A stretch of 63,242 bases of DNA, filler included, from Intoshia linei (taxonomy: Eukaryota > Animalia > Orthonectida): the NCBI GenBank assembly GCA_001642005.1. It is 4 parts of 4 records of this genome, joined end to end, with 100 filler letters (N's around TTAATTAATTAA, not from the genome) between each part and the next. Parts side by side here need not be neighbours in the genome. Positions count along the whole stretch, not along the records: positions 1 to 26,885 come from LWCA01000458.1; positions 26,986 to 49,907 come from LWCA01000577.1; 2 more parts are not named here. One strand, 5' to 3'. Of the stretch, positions 15,446 through 27,375 are shown piece by piece. A program made the position numbers and the translations under genes. Each line of letters starts with the position of its first letter. Positions within the stretch are counted from its first letter, which is position 1. The notes under the pieces were generated by a model. It searched no databases. It saw only the letters and a program-made list of their open reading frames with translations, and was not told the DNA's origin.

Positions 15446-18400
15446 TCATATAAACATTTTAAAAAGAAGCGAATAAGCAATATAATAATCACTTTTAATA
15501 TCTAGTAAATTTTTAATAATTAAAGAGAGAGTGGTATTATGCTGGTAATGGAGAAGAAACTTTGTATGAGTAGAGGAATTTAAAAGAACATTTAAGAATA
15601 ATTGAATTTGATCAAAATCTTTAGTGTTGGTCTGATAAAGCAGAGTAGCAAATTGAAACAAAACATTATCAAAAATAGAATTTTTCCAAAAAACGCACCA
15701 ATAAGTAATTGCACAAGAAACAATATTAATAAAAGTATCTTGACCGACAGTGAATTGTCTCGTAAATAAAAATTTCAATAGTTGAATATCGGGGAATTGT
15801 CTTTTTAAATATGATGTTAAATTTCCATACAAAAGCGAGCAATCAATTTGAATCAAATCTTGAATAAAGACAAGAGAGATAGCAAAATTGAAGGTTTCGA
15901 AAAGCTTCCAAATGAAAATTTTTTCAATAAAAGAAACAGAGCTGGTATAAAAAAAAATTAAAACTGGTACAATCGTAGATTCATCAAAATATTCAAATCC
16001 TAAATAAGAGCAATTTTCAATAGTAGCAAATTCCTCCACATTAATACACGATAAAATTGAATGAAGAATAAAAGTATTTCCACAGCAAGTATTTTTATAA
16101 TAAATAAATAAGGTAGGAATTAAATCAATTAATAATTTGGGATTGGATAAAGATAAATTTTCAACATCATTAATCAAAAAATCACTTACGCCTAACAATT
16201 TCTGCGATTTACTAGCAATCAGGAACGTCTGTTTATTATAAGGATATTCCATTTCGCAAGATGCATTAAAGTTAATGTTATAAATTTCATAAAAAATATA
16301 GACATGAGAATTTTCAGAGGTTGAAATTTGTTTAAACGTGTAATACAAATACCAATAACCAATATAATCATTCAATTTGTAAATTTCTGTAAACAAAACG
16401 GAAAAAATTTTGAGGGTAGTTTGAACATTACTTGGTAAATTATTTAAAATTTCGGTTGTATTTTCAACAGATTGGTAAATATTTTTTTCCAATTTATAAA
16501 ATTCCTGAATAAACTCTATATTCGCATTTTCTCTTAAAAAATTGGTCATAAAATCGAAAAAAATAATGAGAGGTTTGTCTAAATTCAAAGATGGGTTGAT
16601 GAATTCACCCAGATCAATTGAAATGAGGCAAAGTATAATTTTTGCAATATTTTTAATTTGACTCAAATACAGGTCCGTTTTGTTTTTTAATACAATATTC
16701 ATTACAACAGTGAGAATCCATTTATAATTGGATTTGGCAGAGATAACTTTTGTATTAATCATGGAAAAATTTTTATAAAAATTACAATCACTGGCAAATT
16801 TTAGTTTGTCCAACATTTCAATTATATTTGGTTTAATAAACTTTTTGAATCGCAGAGTTAATTCAAATTTTTTTAAATTGCAAGTTTTTTCATCTGGCAC
16901 TAAAATAATTGATTCGTCGTCACTAAAATTGGCAGGGTTATCCAATTCACTGGGTACAGGTTCCTCCGCTTTTTTAATGGGTTCAGGTGGTTTGGTTTCC
17001 GTCACGATACTTTTCGATCCAAGAGTTTTATCGAAATCGATAAAATTAAAAATATATTTAGCTAGTTTGACTAAATTTTCATTTTGGTAAAAACTGGATG
17101 AAAATATCATTTTGGCATGCATAATTACTTTCATGTCTACGAGATACTTGAGAGAATCTCGCATACCCTTGATTACTAAATTTCTGCCATCTTTCCAAAA
17201 ATTCACTGTACTCTGCAACATGAAATCCAAAAGCGTCTCGTACATGGCGGGTCGTTGTCGAATAGAGTTTATCATTACCAAAACAGTCGGTTCAATGCTC
17301 ATAATTGAATCCTTTTGTTGATTGAAAAAATAACAATCAAAAAAAAGAGCCAATTTAGCATTAGCTAGGGCTACATTGTTGGTAGTGGTCATCAAAATCC
17401 AACCAATCACAGCCCATCGAGGCGTTAAGTTGGAACTGAGCATTTCGTTGGTCGGGTGAATCACGGAACAAATGTATCGTATAATATCCGTTCGAATTGA
17501 TTGGTTCTCATTATTCAGAAAAAAAGAATCGGAAAACCAATCTTGGTATCTTTTCTGGTTTCCAAATTTGACTTTATTTAAAATAAAGGAAATTTTGATT
17601 TCGATTTCTGGGGTTAATCGCGAAATAATGTAAAATTTCGGAGTGGGAGTGAATAGGATTGTAGTCATATCGGTTTCGCTAGTCGGGACAGCGACATTAA
17701 AATTTTTATCTGAATCACGTACTCCCGTATACTTGTTGCCTTCTATCGCACAAAAATTTTTATATTTACTTATACCTTGGATAAAAATTGAAATTTCAGG
17801 AATTTTTGCAATCATCAACAAATTTCTAATTAAATCTCGCCCAATATGTATCAAATCACTCAACCAATAATTATCTAAACACCACTTTATAAATTGAACT
17901 TCCCTTAGTAATAAATTTTTCAAAAGCGGTAACAAATGATCCGACATTAATCGAACAAACGAATATACCGATATTCTCAAAGTCATGGTATTTCTCGAAA
18001 GCCATTCGCGATTTTCGTCAAGTATAGACAACATGGATTCAGTCAAAAAAATATTATTTGGGCTAATATCTCCAGACATGCATTGCCTCAACAAAACGTT
18101 TACTAATTTATCTGAATCTACTAAACCATTAGAAATCAGTTCTCGACATAACCATGTAATTCTTTTTTTAGTTTTATCCGTCAATCTGTCCCATTTTTTC
18201 AAAACTAAAAAGACAACCCGATTTATTACTCCACCTAAACCGTCTCGGCTAATTGCATTCAACCTGACAAACAAAGATTTTGAAACTGTTTTTTCTACCA
18301 ATAGTGCAAATAATAAACCCGTTTGGATTGTTTCATGTGTATCCGCATTCCTACATGAGTGATAATTTAAAGCATCTGTTAAATCTTGTTCGCTTTTTCC

Positions 18401-18493
18401 TTTCAGTATTTCCATTATAAATTCATAATTCTTTTTAAACATTACGTCCGTTTCATCCGTTTCAAACAAAATATTATCCAAATATATACTCAT
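15446..18493 (-). CDS. INTS3: Integrator complex subunit 3 / SOSS-A (single-exon, ~1015 aa; first ATG at 18493)
   Basis: Conserved INTS3 motifs KVKFGNQKRYQDWF, DIIRYICSVIHPTNEMLSSNLTPRWAVIGW, ANAKLALF and IMSIEPTVLVM. The ORF-track start at 18523 is TTG; the first Met is 10 codons downstream. Confidence 0.93.
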   Translation of the reverse strand: MSIYLDNILFETDETDVMFKKNYEFIMEILKGKSEQDLTDALNYHSCRNADTHETIQTGLLFALLVEKTVSKSLFVRLNAISRDGLGGVINRVVFLVLKKWDRLTDKTKKRITWLCRELISNGLVDSDKLVNVLLRQCMSGDISPNNIFLTESMLSILDENREWLSRNTMTLRISVYSFVRLMSDHLLPLLKNLLLREVQFIKWCLDNYWLSDLIHIGRDLIRNLLMIAKIPEISIFIQGISKYKNFCAIEGNKYTGVRDSDKNFNVAVPTSETDMTTILFTPTPKFYIISRLTPEIEIKISFILNKVKFGNQKRYQDWFSDSFFLNNENQSIRTDIIRYICSVIHPTNEMLSSNLTPRWAVIGWILMTTTNNVALANAKLALFFDCYFFNQQKDSIMSIEPTVLVMINSIRQRPAMYETLLDFMLQSTVNFWKDGRNLVIKGMRDSLKYLVDMKVIMHAKMIFSSSFYQNENLVKLAKYIFNFIDFDKTLGSKSIVTETKPPEPIKKAEEPVPSELDNPANFSDDESIILVPDEKTCNLKKFELTLRFKKFIKPNIIEMLDKLKFASDCNFYKNFSMINTKVISAKSNYKWILTVVMNIVLKNKTDLYLSQIKNIAKIILCLISIDLGEFINPSLNLDKPLIIFFDFMTNFLRENANIEFIQEFYKLEKNIYQSVENTTEILNNLPSNVQTTLKIFSVLFTEIYKLNDYIGYWYLYYTFKQISTSENSHVYIFYEIYNINFNASCEMEYPYNKQTFLIASKSQKLLGVSDFLINDVENLSLSNPKLLIDLIPTLFIYYKNTCCGNTFILHSILSCINVEEFATIENCSYLGFEYFDESTIVPVLIFFYTSSVSFIEKIFIWKLFETFNFAISLVFIQDLIQIDCSLLYGNLTSYLKRQFPDIQLLKFLFTRQFTVGQDTFINIVSCAITYWCVFWKNSIFDNVLFQFATLLYQTNTKDFDQIQLFLNVLLNSSTHTKFLLHYQHNTTLSLIIKNLLDIKSDYYIAYSLLFKMFI

Positions 18494-18594
18494 TTTTCTT
18501 ATCTTTCTTATCAAGTATTTCAAAATTAATCAACTTTATTTATTACTGATTCGATAGCATAATTTGAAATTTATGGCTTTCAGTAAAATTACAA

Positions 18595-21500
18595 ATGCGA
18601 AATAGTTTATTAAATTTTTTAAAGTGTGATAGACATTTTCAACCATTGCATTTCAATTCAAAGTTAAATGTTTGTTCAGTATATACTTTTTTATTTTTTA
18701 CTAGATTAGATTATACATTAAAACAGTCAATGTTTTGATTGTGGGTGCTGGCGGTTTAGGATGCGAAACTGTTAAAAATTTGGTATGTTTATTATTTTAT
18801 TGATTTTTACCGCGAGGTGCTGCACTGATTTTTAATTAATAATTATTATTAATTAATTAACAGTAATTATTTAGTTCAATATTAAAATATACCGTGAGGC
18901 GTTTTTTTATATAATGAAAAATGAAACTGGCTTAGTTTAGAATAGTTTGGAAAACATGCGGAAACAATGCGGAAAACAACACACTGCGGCCATCAACTAC
19001 TAATTTCAATGCAAATTCTGATGAATCATTCGATTATTTTAATTATTTAGATAATGCATAGATAGTTTAAAGCAGATTTTCCTCTATTCTTTTTCACTAT
19101 GGACCCTAAAAATGATATAAATTACATTTTTTGCTTTTATAAAATGTAATTTGTAAGTTTTGCCGATTATTTAAAAAACCCCAATCGCTATTAGCCATAT
19201 TTTATTTTCCGACATTGAGTCTTTCAGGGTCAAAAACACAATTTCAGCTTTTAAATTAACAATCACCAATAAAATTAGTTTTAAAATTTAAAAACAAACA
19301 TAGGCTGGGACGCGTTTGAAAGTCATTACCATTGTCGTAGATATCAACCTCAGAAACTTACATTTTCATGGTAAAACCCCAAAATTAGCAGCTTTTTTTA
19401 AAAATGAAAAGAATCAACGAATTTTATAAAACACTAGAATAAGCTCTATCAGTATAATCTTTTATTTAATTTTTGGACTGTAAATTATTTCACATTTTTT
19501 GTTGTTAATAAAATATTTTGGAAAAAAATATATGAATACTAAAATGCTTTTTTGGCCGTGAAGTAGTCACTTATTCGGATTGAAATTTTTTGAAATTCTA
19601 GGGCTGTTTTCATTAAAAAAAGAAGGGTAATTTGGCGTTTTGGCTCTGAAGATATAATCTTTTTAAATTTAAATTTATGATAATGTTTATGATTTTAAAA
19701 TTCGCATTAGCGTATATATTTTTTGAAAATTCAACTAGTTTGATTTTCAAAAAGAGGGACAAAAGGGGTTTTTGACCCGTAAGATGTGAAATTGGGAGGT
19801 TGAAATTTATCTTATTAACACCCGGAAAAAATTGTAATAGAAATGTGCACTTTATAAAATTCTAAGAGTAATAGTTATTTCAATAAAGTGGAACACACAC
19901 ACACACAGACAGACACACAAACAAAAATTGCGTAGCCTTTTATTTAATTTAGGATAAATTGTGGATAGTTTATAAAATCATGAGAATTATCATAAGTCGC
20001 ATCCTCAAAAACTTAAAATCAATTAAAAACTCGGTCTTAAAATTAAAAATATTGGCTATGAACAGTTTTGATAATTCGTGGTTCAAGGTGCCACCCATGG
20101 TTAGGAAATACTGCTTTACAGGGTAAACGAATAACGAGTCTTTTTAAATCAAATTCATATTTTTTATACAAATTTTAAATTGACTAATTAGTAGATCCAT
20201 TCAAACATTATGATTTTATTGGATAAAACACGATGCGGATGCGCAATATCAATGTTGTAACCAAAAATCGTTACAGACAACCAATATTTCAAATAGATGA
20301 ACAATATTGAATAATCCATCCATTATGTCATAATTTATGATAGCGGTTACCACGACAAAAGAATCAGCTTACTGAGCTGTATTCGATATTGCTAATCTAT
20401 TTAAAATATTGGTTGTCTGTAACGATTTTTGGTTACAACATTGATATTGAGCATCCACATCGTATTTTATCCATTATACTATAAAGTCGTGAAGCAATAA
20501 TGCGTAATAATTTGCATATAATTTTAAGGCTTAAATTAAGCCGAAAATTTTATTCGTTATCATAGATAAGTAGTTTTGGCTTTGCATTTAACACTAAATA
20601 AACTAAAATTGATAGTACATATTTTTTCTGGTCACTTTATTTTAAATCATTTTTATTACATTATGCTTTTATTATGCTCTAAAGTTGTTAATCAACAACA
20701 CATACTTTATCATAAACACAATTATGCGCGATCAATGATGCCATAATTGAATGAGCAATAATGCAAACACTTTAATAGCTTAATTAAAATGTACCGTAAG
20801 CTAGTCATTATGATCTATGAATGGCTCAACTAATTAGTAATACTTATTAAGTATAGTACAGCGATTTTGAATTAGAACAGTGCAAATGGTTTCAGATCTC
20901 AAATTTTATTAATTATTAAAATTTTTAATCATTTTCTTGATAACAACAAATATAGTCTTATAACAAAATGTTCATACCGCATATTTTATATTTTAAATTT
21001 GTCTCAATGAATTGAAAATTTTTTGGCCCGCTGGTAAAAAATAGTACCACCCCTAGTTTAGCATATATAATTAAAACATTTATTATTTAAGATTGGACTG
21101 GGATTTAACAGTTTGACCATTGTAGATATGGACACAATTGAATTAACCAATCTAAACCGACAATTTTTGTTTAGGTAAATATTATACAGCAGTGGTTCTC
21201 AACGTCGGCGGTAGCGCCCCGGCGTTTTCAAAGTGTAAGGGATAATGTTGTAATTTAAAGGAATTTTTTTCTATCATTTTTAAAAGATTTTGAAGATAAT
21301 TTTATCGCTCCAGAGAATGGAAGTCCTGATTTACATTTGTAATTTTGTAAATTTTTAGTTCATTTTTTCTAATTTTCACTTTATTAAAACGCAAATGTCA
21401 TGATGGAAATCACTATTTTTTTATTACCATTATTAATATTGCTGATATTTTAATAGTTTGATTTGTGGTTATTTCTTATGACTTTTTAGATTAGTATAAA

Positions 21501-24500
21501 AAATTATCCTACAAACCCCTTTAATGAACCCAAACATAATTATTAATTTTTACAAAATAATATTTTGCTAACATTTGGTATAGTATTTATGCGTATTCTT
21601 CAAATAGAGGAGGGTGTACAACCTGCGGCTGTACGAAATCAATATGATCATAATAAAATATATCATTTGAATTCACTTCAAATTGAAAAATTTTAATCAG
21701 ATTTTAATCAAGGGCATTTTAAAATATTTAAATCAAAAAGTTACATTTTTACAATATTTGTTTGTGTGTGTTACTGTTTATTTCAATAACTACCAGTTTT
21801 AGAATTTTATAAACTCCACATTTCAATTACAGTTTTTTCCGGGTGTTAGCAAAATAAATTTCAACCTCCTAAACTTACATCTTACGTGTCAAAAAGCCCA
21901 ATTGTCTTTGTTTTGAAAATCAAACGAGTATCGGAACCACTTCTTTAAATTATTGATATTAGTGAATAATAGGATTTTTAAGTTAGATTTCCAACATGAA
22001 TTTATTTTTTTGGTAGAATAAAAATGTGCCCTGGGCAGAGGTAAGTGCTGTTGGTACGTAGTACATAACAGTCCACCTAGTAACTTTATAAATTTGCAAA
22101 ATGGTTATGTTTCTAAATCGACTTAATTTAAATTTGGGTGGTTAATCTAATGTGCAATGAAATATACAATTTTACGTCAAATTGAAAAAGTTTAAATGAG
22201 ATTTTATTCAAGGGCAAATTCAAATATTTTTATCAAAAAGTTACATTTTTAAATTTATCCACTTTTTTAATGTCAAAGTAAATTTTGTGCGACCGTAGGA
22301 TCAATAAGTAAAATAACTTTTCGGCTGAATTGGTGGAAAGGTATATTTTTTTTAAATTTAAATTTATGATAATATTTATGGTTTTAAAATCCGTATCAGA
22401 GTGTATATTTTTATAAATTCTCGAACTCGTTTGATTTTCAAAAAAAAGGATAATTGAGCTTTTTGACCCGTAAGATATGAGTTTGGGAGGTTGAAATTTA
22501 TCTTATTAACACCCGGAAAAAATTTAATAGAAATGTGCACTTTATAAAATTCTAAGACTGGTAGGTATTGAAATAAACGAGAATACACACAGACAAACAG
22601 AACATATTATATAAGTAAGGATAGCATGTTAACATTGTATTTTAATTTACAGAGAATCAGATATTGGAAATAGTAAGGCCATAACAGTTCAAAATTATGT
22701 AAAGAAAATATATCCAAATGTCGATATAATTGGGTAATTTTAATTTGGACAAATTTTTACTGTGCTATTTAATATACAGTGCTAGAGATCTAGACGGGTC
22801 GATATAGTCCAGTTATCATTACGTTTTCATTACCGTCGAAATGCCTTTAACAATTTTTATTTGGTTTTTATACATACGTCACGGCCCTCATCCTCTCCAA
22901 TTTTCAATATACAGTGAGACCTCTCAATACCGCCAATTTTGGTATTTGGTATTTAAATATTTCTGTGAAATTTAATCTAGATCTCTTTTTGTTCGCTATT
23001 TTCTATAAAAAATTATGCTTTGAATTAGTTGTAAATGAAGATAGAAATATCAATTAGAATTAACGATAAAGTAAAATATAGAATGAACTAATTTATGGTA
23101 AACTAGTGCTAACATATTTTTGTATAAAATTTATATTGATAATTTAAGTTAAATTTTAACACATTTTGAAAAATTTTTTAAATTTGTGGCGGTATTGAGA
23201 ATTTTCCTTATAAGTTTGTTACAAAATTGAAAAATAGTGGCGCTATTGAGAGGCCTCACTGTATTAACCATTAAACAGTAACAATGTACATTATACATTT
23301 TACAAGGAGTAATTACTAAAAAGTCAATTTTTAATAAAATAACAATAAAATTACCATTGATAATAAATCCGTAAATTAAATTTTTTTTCATTTGCACCTC
23401 CACCCTCTCATAAATATTTTCATTTAAGAAATAATGTATCCGACCCTCCAACCGAGAGAGACACGTGGCTTGGTTTAGCCTTAGCCGTTCCAGATCTCTA
23501 TACAGACCTACATGAAAGAACGGATCGAGGTCATGATGCAGGCATGACCAATTTTTTTTAGAGTCTAAAATTTTTGTCAATTAATCTCAAAAAATGTTTA
23601 TTAATTGGTAATTTAATTCTTTTTGTCTAATTAAACTAAGAATCGTACAATTCTATAAAAATTAACTTTATTTGTTAATAATTATAATTGATTAAAATTG
23701 AATATTAAATTAGCCATCATAATTCAATAGAAAATTTGAACACTGTGATATTTGAAAAATGCAAGCTTGTGATGGGTTGTTTGGATAATCTGGCTACTCG
23801 ACGATGGATAAATGCAAAATTGGTAAATTTTTTTATTTACTAATAGATTCTTTAAAAATATTATCATTTTTTATACAATTTATGATTTTATCTATAAAAT
23901 AGTCTTTATCGATTATAGCCTCCATAATATTTCCAGTAACTAGATGTGCACTTTGAAAAATATGGTTTAATTGAATAGATTTAAATTTTTTGAGAGTTTG
24001 AATGAAAATACCACAATTATTAGGTGTAATACGAATACTGTCATCAATAAATATATGATGATGTTTTTGGTCATCTTGTTGAACAAAAAAGGGTTTTGTA
24101 GCATTTTGAGAATAGTTATGACTTTGGTAGTAATAATAATCATCTCTAAATGAATTTATGCCATTTAGTTGAGAAAAGTATTTATAAATATTATATGATT
24201 CGTGTATTATATTAATTGAATCCAATTCAGCAATTTGAATGAAAACTGTGTTATTTTTAAGTATAATATTTTTTTTCAGATTTGGATCTTGTATGTAAAT
24301 ATTGTTGAAATGATCTCCTTGAAATTGAGGATGATTATTAATTTTCATGTTTAACAATATTTTTAATACCCTTTCTCCTTCGAAACCATAACTTCGTAGA
24401 ATTATGGCATAATTATTTGTGTAGTTTCTTTGCAGCCAATCAACCAAATTTATAAAAGCTTCAATTATATAAATATACCAAATGTACTCTTTTTTTGAAT

Positions 24501-25554
24501 CAATGCTTAGCTTTTTGTGGAATTGTTTATGTGGAACTTTTGAAAAAATACACACAGGGTATCCAGTAATTTCTTGTTCGTTGCTATTTTCAATCATCAA
24601 TTTGCTTATACATTCAATATATTTCGAAATTAATATCCCGGAAGGTTGTGTTTCTATAAATTTACAAGCTTGCTTTCGTAAAATGTTTCTATTGGCACAT
24701 GTTTTTTCTAAATATGAATAGTAACTGATTAAATCTGAGCTAGTTTCATTTGTTTCGGCGGAAATTGAATTTATTTTAACTTTCCATTTTCCATCGGTTT
24801 CTTTACCCCATGTCAATCCACTTAAACTAAAACTAAGAGATTCAGGGACGCTCATATTGGTTATTGAACTGTGTAGTATGAATGTCCCTCCAACATCGAT
24901 ATGTAATATCAGTTTTTTCTTTGGATTGGGCATATTAAATTTACTACAGAATTTTTCAAATTTGACCCAAAATTAATGAAATATTAAGAGAACGTGATTA
25001 CGTTTAATGGGGTCAAGTTTTAATATATTGTTTATCGTTTTACTTGGTTAATTTTTTTAAGTCACCAATAATAAAAACACTCATGGTTCATATCAAAATA
25101 AATTAGTTCAAATCTATATATTGAAATCTCACAAAATTTAGTATTTTACATGAAATCTAACACTTAATATGTCATTTATAAAACAAAACAACACAATCAG
25201 AATACTTTTACACATTTCATTTCAATGCATTGAAAAAATGTATATTATTCAGCTGCCTACATTGCAATGTACAATATGTTTTAAATTTGAAAATGTATGA
25301 ATGACAATTGGGTTAATATAATTAACCAAAGTCAGCAATTGTTTTGAACCAGAGTTCAATTTTTATTTAACGTTAATTATTATTTCGGGTTAAATTAACC
25401 CGAATTGTTGAAATATTGAACCAAGGTGCACTTCTATCGATGATATTCAGACTCTTCAGTAATTGATTCGTTTAAGTAATAAATTTTTTTTAGATGTCGT
25501 TAGTAAGATTTGATAATGAAAAGCCAATATTATCTTCTATTATTCCGTATATAG
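18595..25554 (+). CDS. UBA3: NEDD8-activating enzyme E1 catalytic subunit, 5' part (exons 18595-18669, 18705-18782, 21092-21174, 22653-22733, 23714-23822, 25494-25554); 3' exons not found before the gap
   Basis: [45 protein letters not shown] and GCLDNLATRRWINAKLMSLVRFD...SSIIPYI match UBA3 (RRWINGMLISLL...SSIVPLIDGG). GT-AG introns with consistent phase. Confidence 0.88.
20221..20472. mobile_element. Palindromic MITE with ~77-bp inverted arms in a UBA3 intron
   Basis: GGATAAAACACGATGCGGATGCGCAATATCAATGTTGTAACCAAAAATCGTTACAGACAACCAATATT... is mirrored almost exactly at 20396-20472; flanks ATTTTATT/ATTATACT. Confidence 0.75.
21750..22080 (+). mobile_element. Internally deleted Helitron-like element (5' microsatellite part joined to a CTAG 3' end)
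   Basis: TTTGTTTGTGTGTGTTAC 5' part as in the 55385 and 58560 copies; ends ...GTGCCCTGGGCAGAG...ACAGTCCACCTAG|T. The same 3' end recurs at ~26579 (rev), ~48630 (rev), ~50026 and ~50813. Confidence 0.6.
22912..23261. mobile_element. Tc1/pogo-type MITE in a UBA3 intron
   Basis: TA|CAGTGAGACCTCTCAATACCGCCA ... TGGCGCTATTGAGAGGCCTCACTG|TA. Confidence 0.8.
23833..24933 (-). CDS. Uncharacterised 366-aa protein (possible HAD-like fold), intronless, nested antisense in a UBA3 intron
   Basis: Long clean ORF in ~75% AT DNA. Motifs KLILHIDVGGT, AIILRSYG and HHHIFIDDSI resemble HAD motifs I, II and IV (inference). It lies wholly within UBA3 intron 23823-25493. Confidence 0.8.
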   Translation of the reverse strand: MPNPKKKLILHIDVGGTFILHSSITNMSVPESLSFSLSGLTWGKETDGKWKVKINSISAETNETSSDLISYYSYLEKTCANRNILRKQACKFIETQPSGILISKYIECISKLMIENSNEQEITGYPVCIFSKVPHKQFHKKLSIDSKKEYIWYIYIIEAFINLVDWLQRNYTNNYAIILRSYGFEGERVLKILLNMKINNHPQFQGDHFNNIYIQDPNLKKNIILKNNTVFIQIAELDSINIIHESYNIYKYFSQLNGINSFRDDYYYYQSHNYSQNATKPFFVQQDDQKHHHIFIDDSIRITPNNCGIFIQTLKKFKSIQLNHIFQSAHLVTGNIMEAIIDKDYFIDKIINCIKNDNIFKESISK

Positions 25555-26885
25555 GTTAATTAATTTTTATTTAATGTTACATATCAGAGTGATCAATCAG
25601 GATTTAATATAAAAAATGTATTTTGAAATTATATTTCATTTTACGTATCAATTAGAAATACAGGCTAATTAATCGTTAAATAGAGCTACCATATTATAGT
25701 AATACAATTGGGTTTTTTGACCCGTAAGATGTAAGTTTGGGAGCTTGAAATTATGTTTGCGAACACCCCTGGAAAAAACTGTTATTGAAATGTGGACTTT
25801 ATAAAATTCGAAGACGGGTAGTTATTTAAATAAAGCTGAACACACATACAAACAAAAATTGCGTAGCATATTATATAAGTTAGGACTATCAATTTTAGTT
25901 TATTTGATGGTAAATTTAAAGCCAAAACTACTTATTTATGATTATGATCATAGACTATGATCACGAATAAAAATTTTTGACTTAAAATTTCTTCGAAATA
26001 ATTGATCCTGAAAAAAATCTCATTCCATTAACGAGGAATTTTTTAAAAAATGCATACATTAAAATAGATGTTCCCGATTAGGGTCCAAAATTATATACCT
26101 GGGTCCGTGTGATTCAAATAAAATGTAGAAAAATTTTGATTAACTTTTGTTTATTTTTATAGCATAATTTTTAATATTTATTAGAAAGTTTCTAGATGTT
26201 GATTATCCAAAAGCCTAGACGACCGCTACATTATTATTTCAAAAATACCACTATTAATAAAATTTAATCAAAAATACAATTTTAAGCTTTCAGGGAAAAA
26301 TTTACTTTTACCAATATTTTTTTGAAAAACTCGATTTTACTAAATCTTATGATGAAATTAAAAGTTTTTCATCAATGTTTTATATTTCATTTTTGAACCG
26401 ATAACAATGCATTAAAACAATGACAAAATTTTGATTTTCATTCCACTTAACCTATATTTGCAAGTTATTTGATATAATTAATCAAGAAGACAATAAAATG
26501 TTTTACCTTTCTGAAGCTTTTAGATTGAACTGAAATTTGTTAAATTAAATTAAAATTTAGGATTTGGCTTATATGGAACTAGGTTGACTGTTCTGTATTA
26601 CGTACAAACAGCACCTAGCTCTGCAAGGGCACATTTTTATTTTACTAAAAAATAAATTCACGTTGAAAATCTAACTTAAAATCCTACTATTCACTATTAT
26701 TAACTCTTTAAAGGAGTGGTTCCCAAACTTGTTTCAGATGTAACCTTCATATCACATTTCTTTTAACTTTAAAGTGAATTCTTCCATCTTAATTTTATTG
26801 TACTATTTGTGTAAAGAATTTTAAAAACAATTGTTATCCCATTTTTTTAATTTATTAAACAGAATGTGTGTATAATATTAAAAAT

Positions 26886-26985
26886 NNNNNNNNNNNNNNN
26901 NNNNNNNNNNNNNNNNNNNNNNNNNNNNNTTAATTAATTAANNNNNNNNNNNNNNNNNNNNNNNNNNNNNNNNNNNNNNNNNNNN
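26886..26985. other. Assembly gap/linker (44 N + TTAATTAATTAA + 44 N)
   Basis: The same 100-nt structure occurs three times; TTAATTAATTAA gives stops in all six frames. Confidence 0.95.
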
Positions 26986-27375
26986 TTTTACTATATTGAA
27001 ATATATTAAAAAAAATTTCTATTTATGTTTTTATAATCGCCCCCTAACTGAATTAATCGCCCACTTTGGGAACCCGTGATCTACATTATGTATTATCCTT
27101 ATTATTATATAATATATTATATATATGTTATTATGTATTATATTAATATTATTGGAATATTTGGATATAAGATTATTTCACAAAACGAATAAACCATGGT
27201 GGCGCTGTGAAACAGTATAACGGGTGTTGACACATTAATATTGAAGTTTAATAATTAATATATAAATTCGATTACCAATTTTAAATATATTTCCCCTTCT
27301 CTGTTATTACGCTCGGACCACTGTTTTATAATATATACATTGCATTTAGCAAAAGATAATTGAATAAATTTCTAG

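Noticed and set aside
16806-18362. Plus-strand ORFs antisense to INTS3 (also those antisense to POLG, INTS2 and the nested gene)
   Set aside because: Shadow ORFs of real coding strands; no independent motifs.
23149-23580. 143-aa ORF in a UBA3 intron (also ORFs at 4120, 11595, 13944, 22376, 46511, 54745, 62397)
   Set aside because: They overlap MITE or Helitron-like repeats and show no protein-family signal.
26930-26941. TTAATTAATTAA palindrome repeated at three sites
   Set aside because: Always centred in 44+44 Ns; an artificial contig-joining linker.
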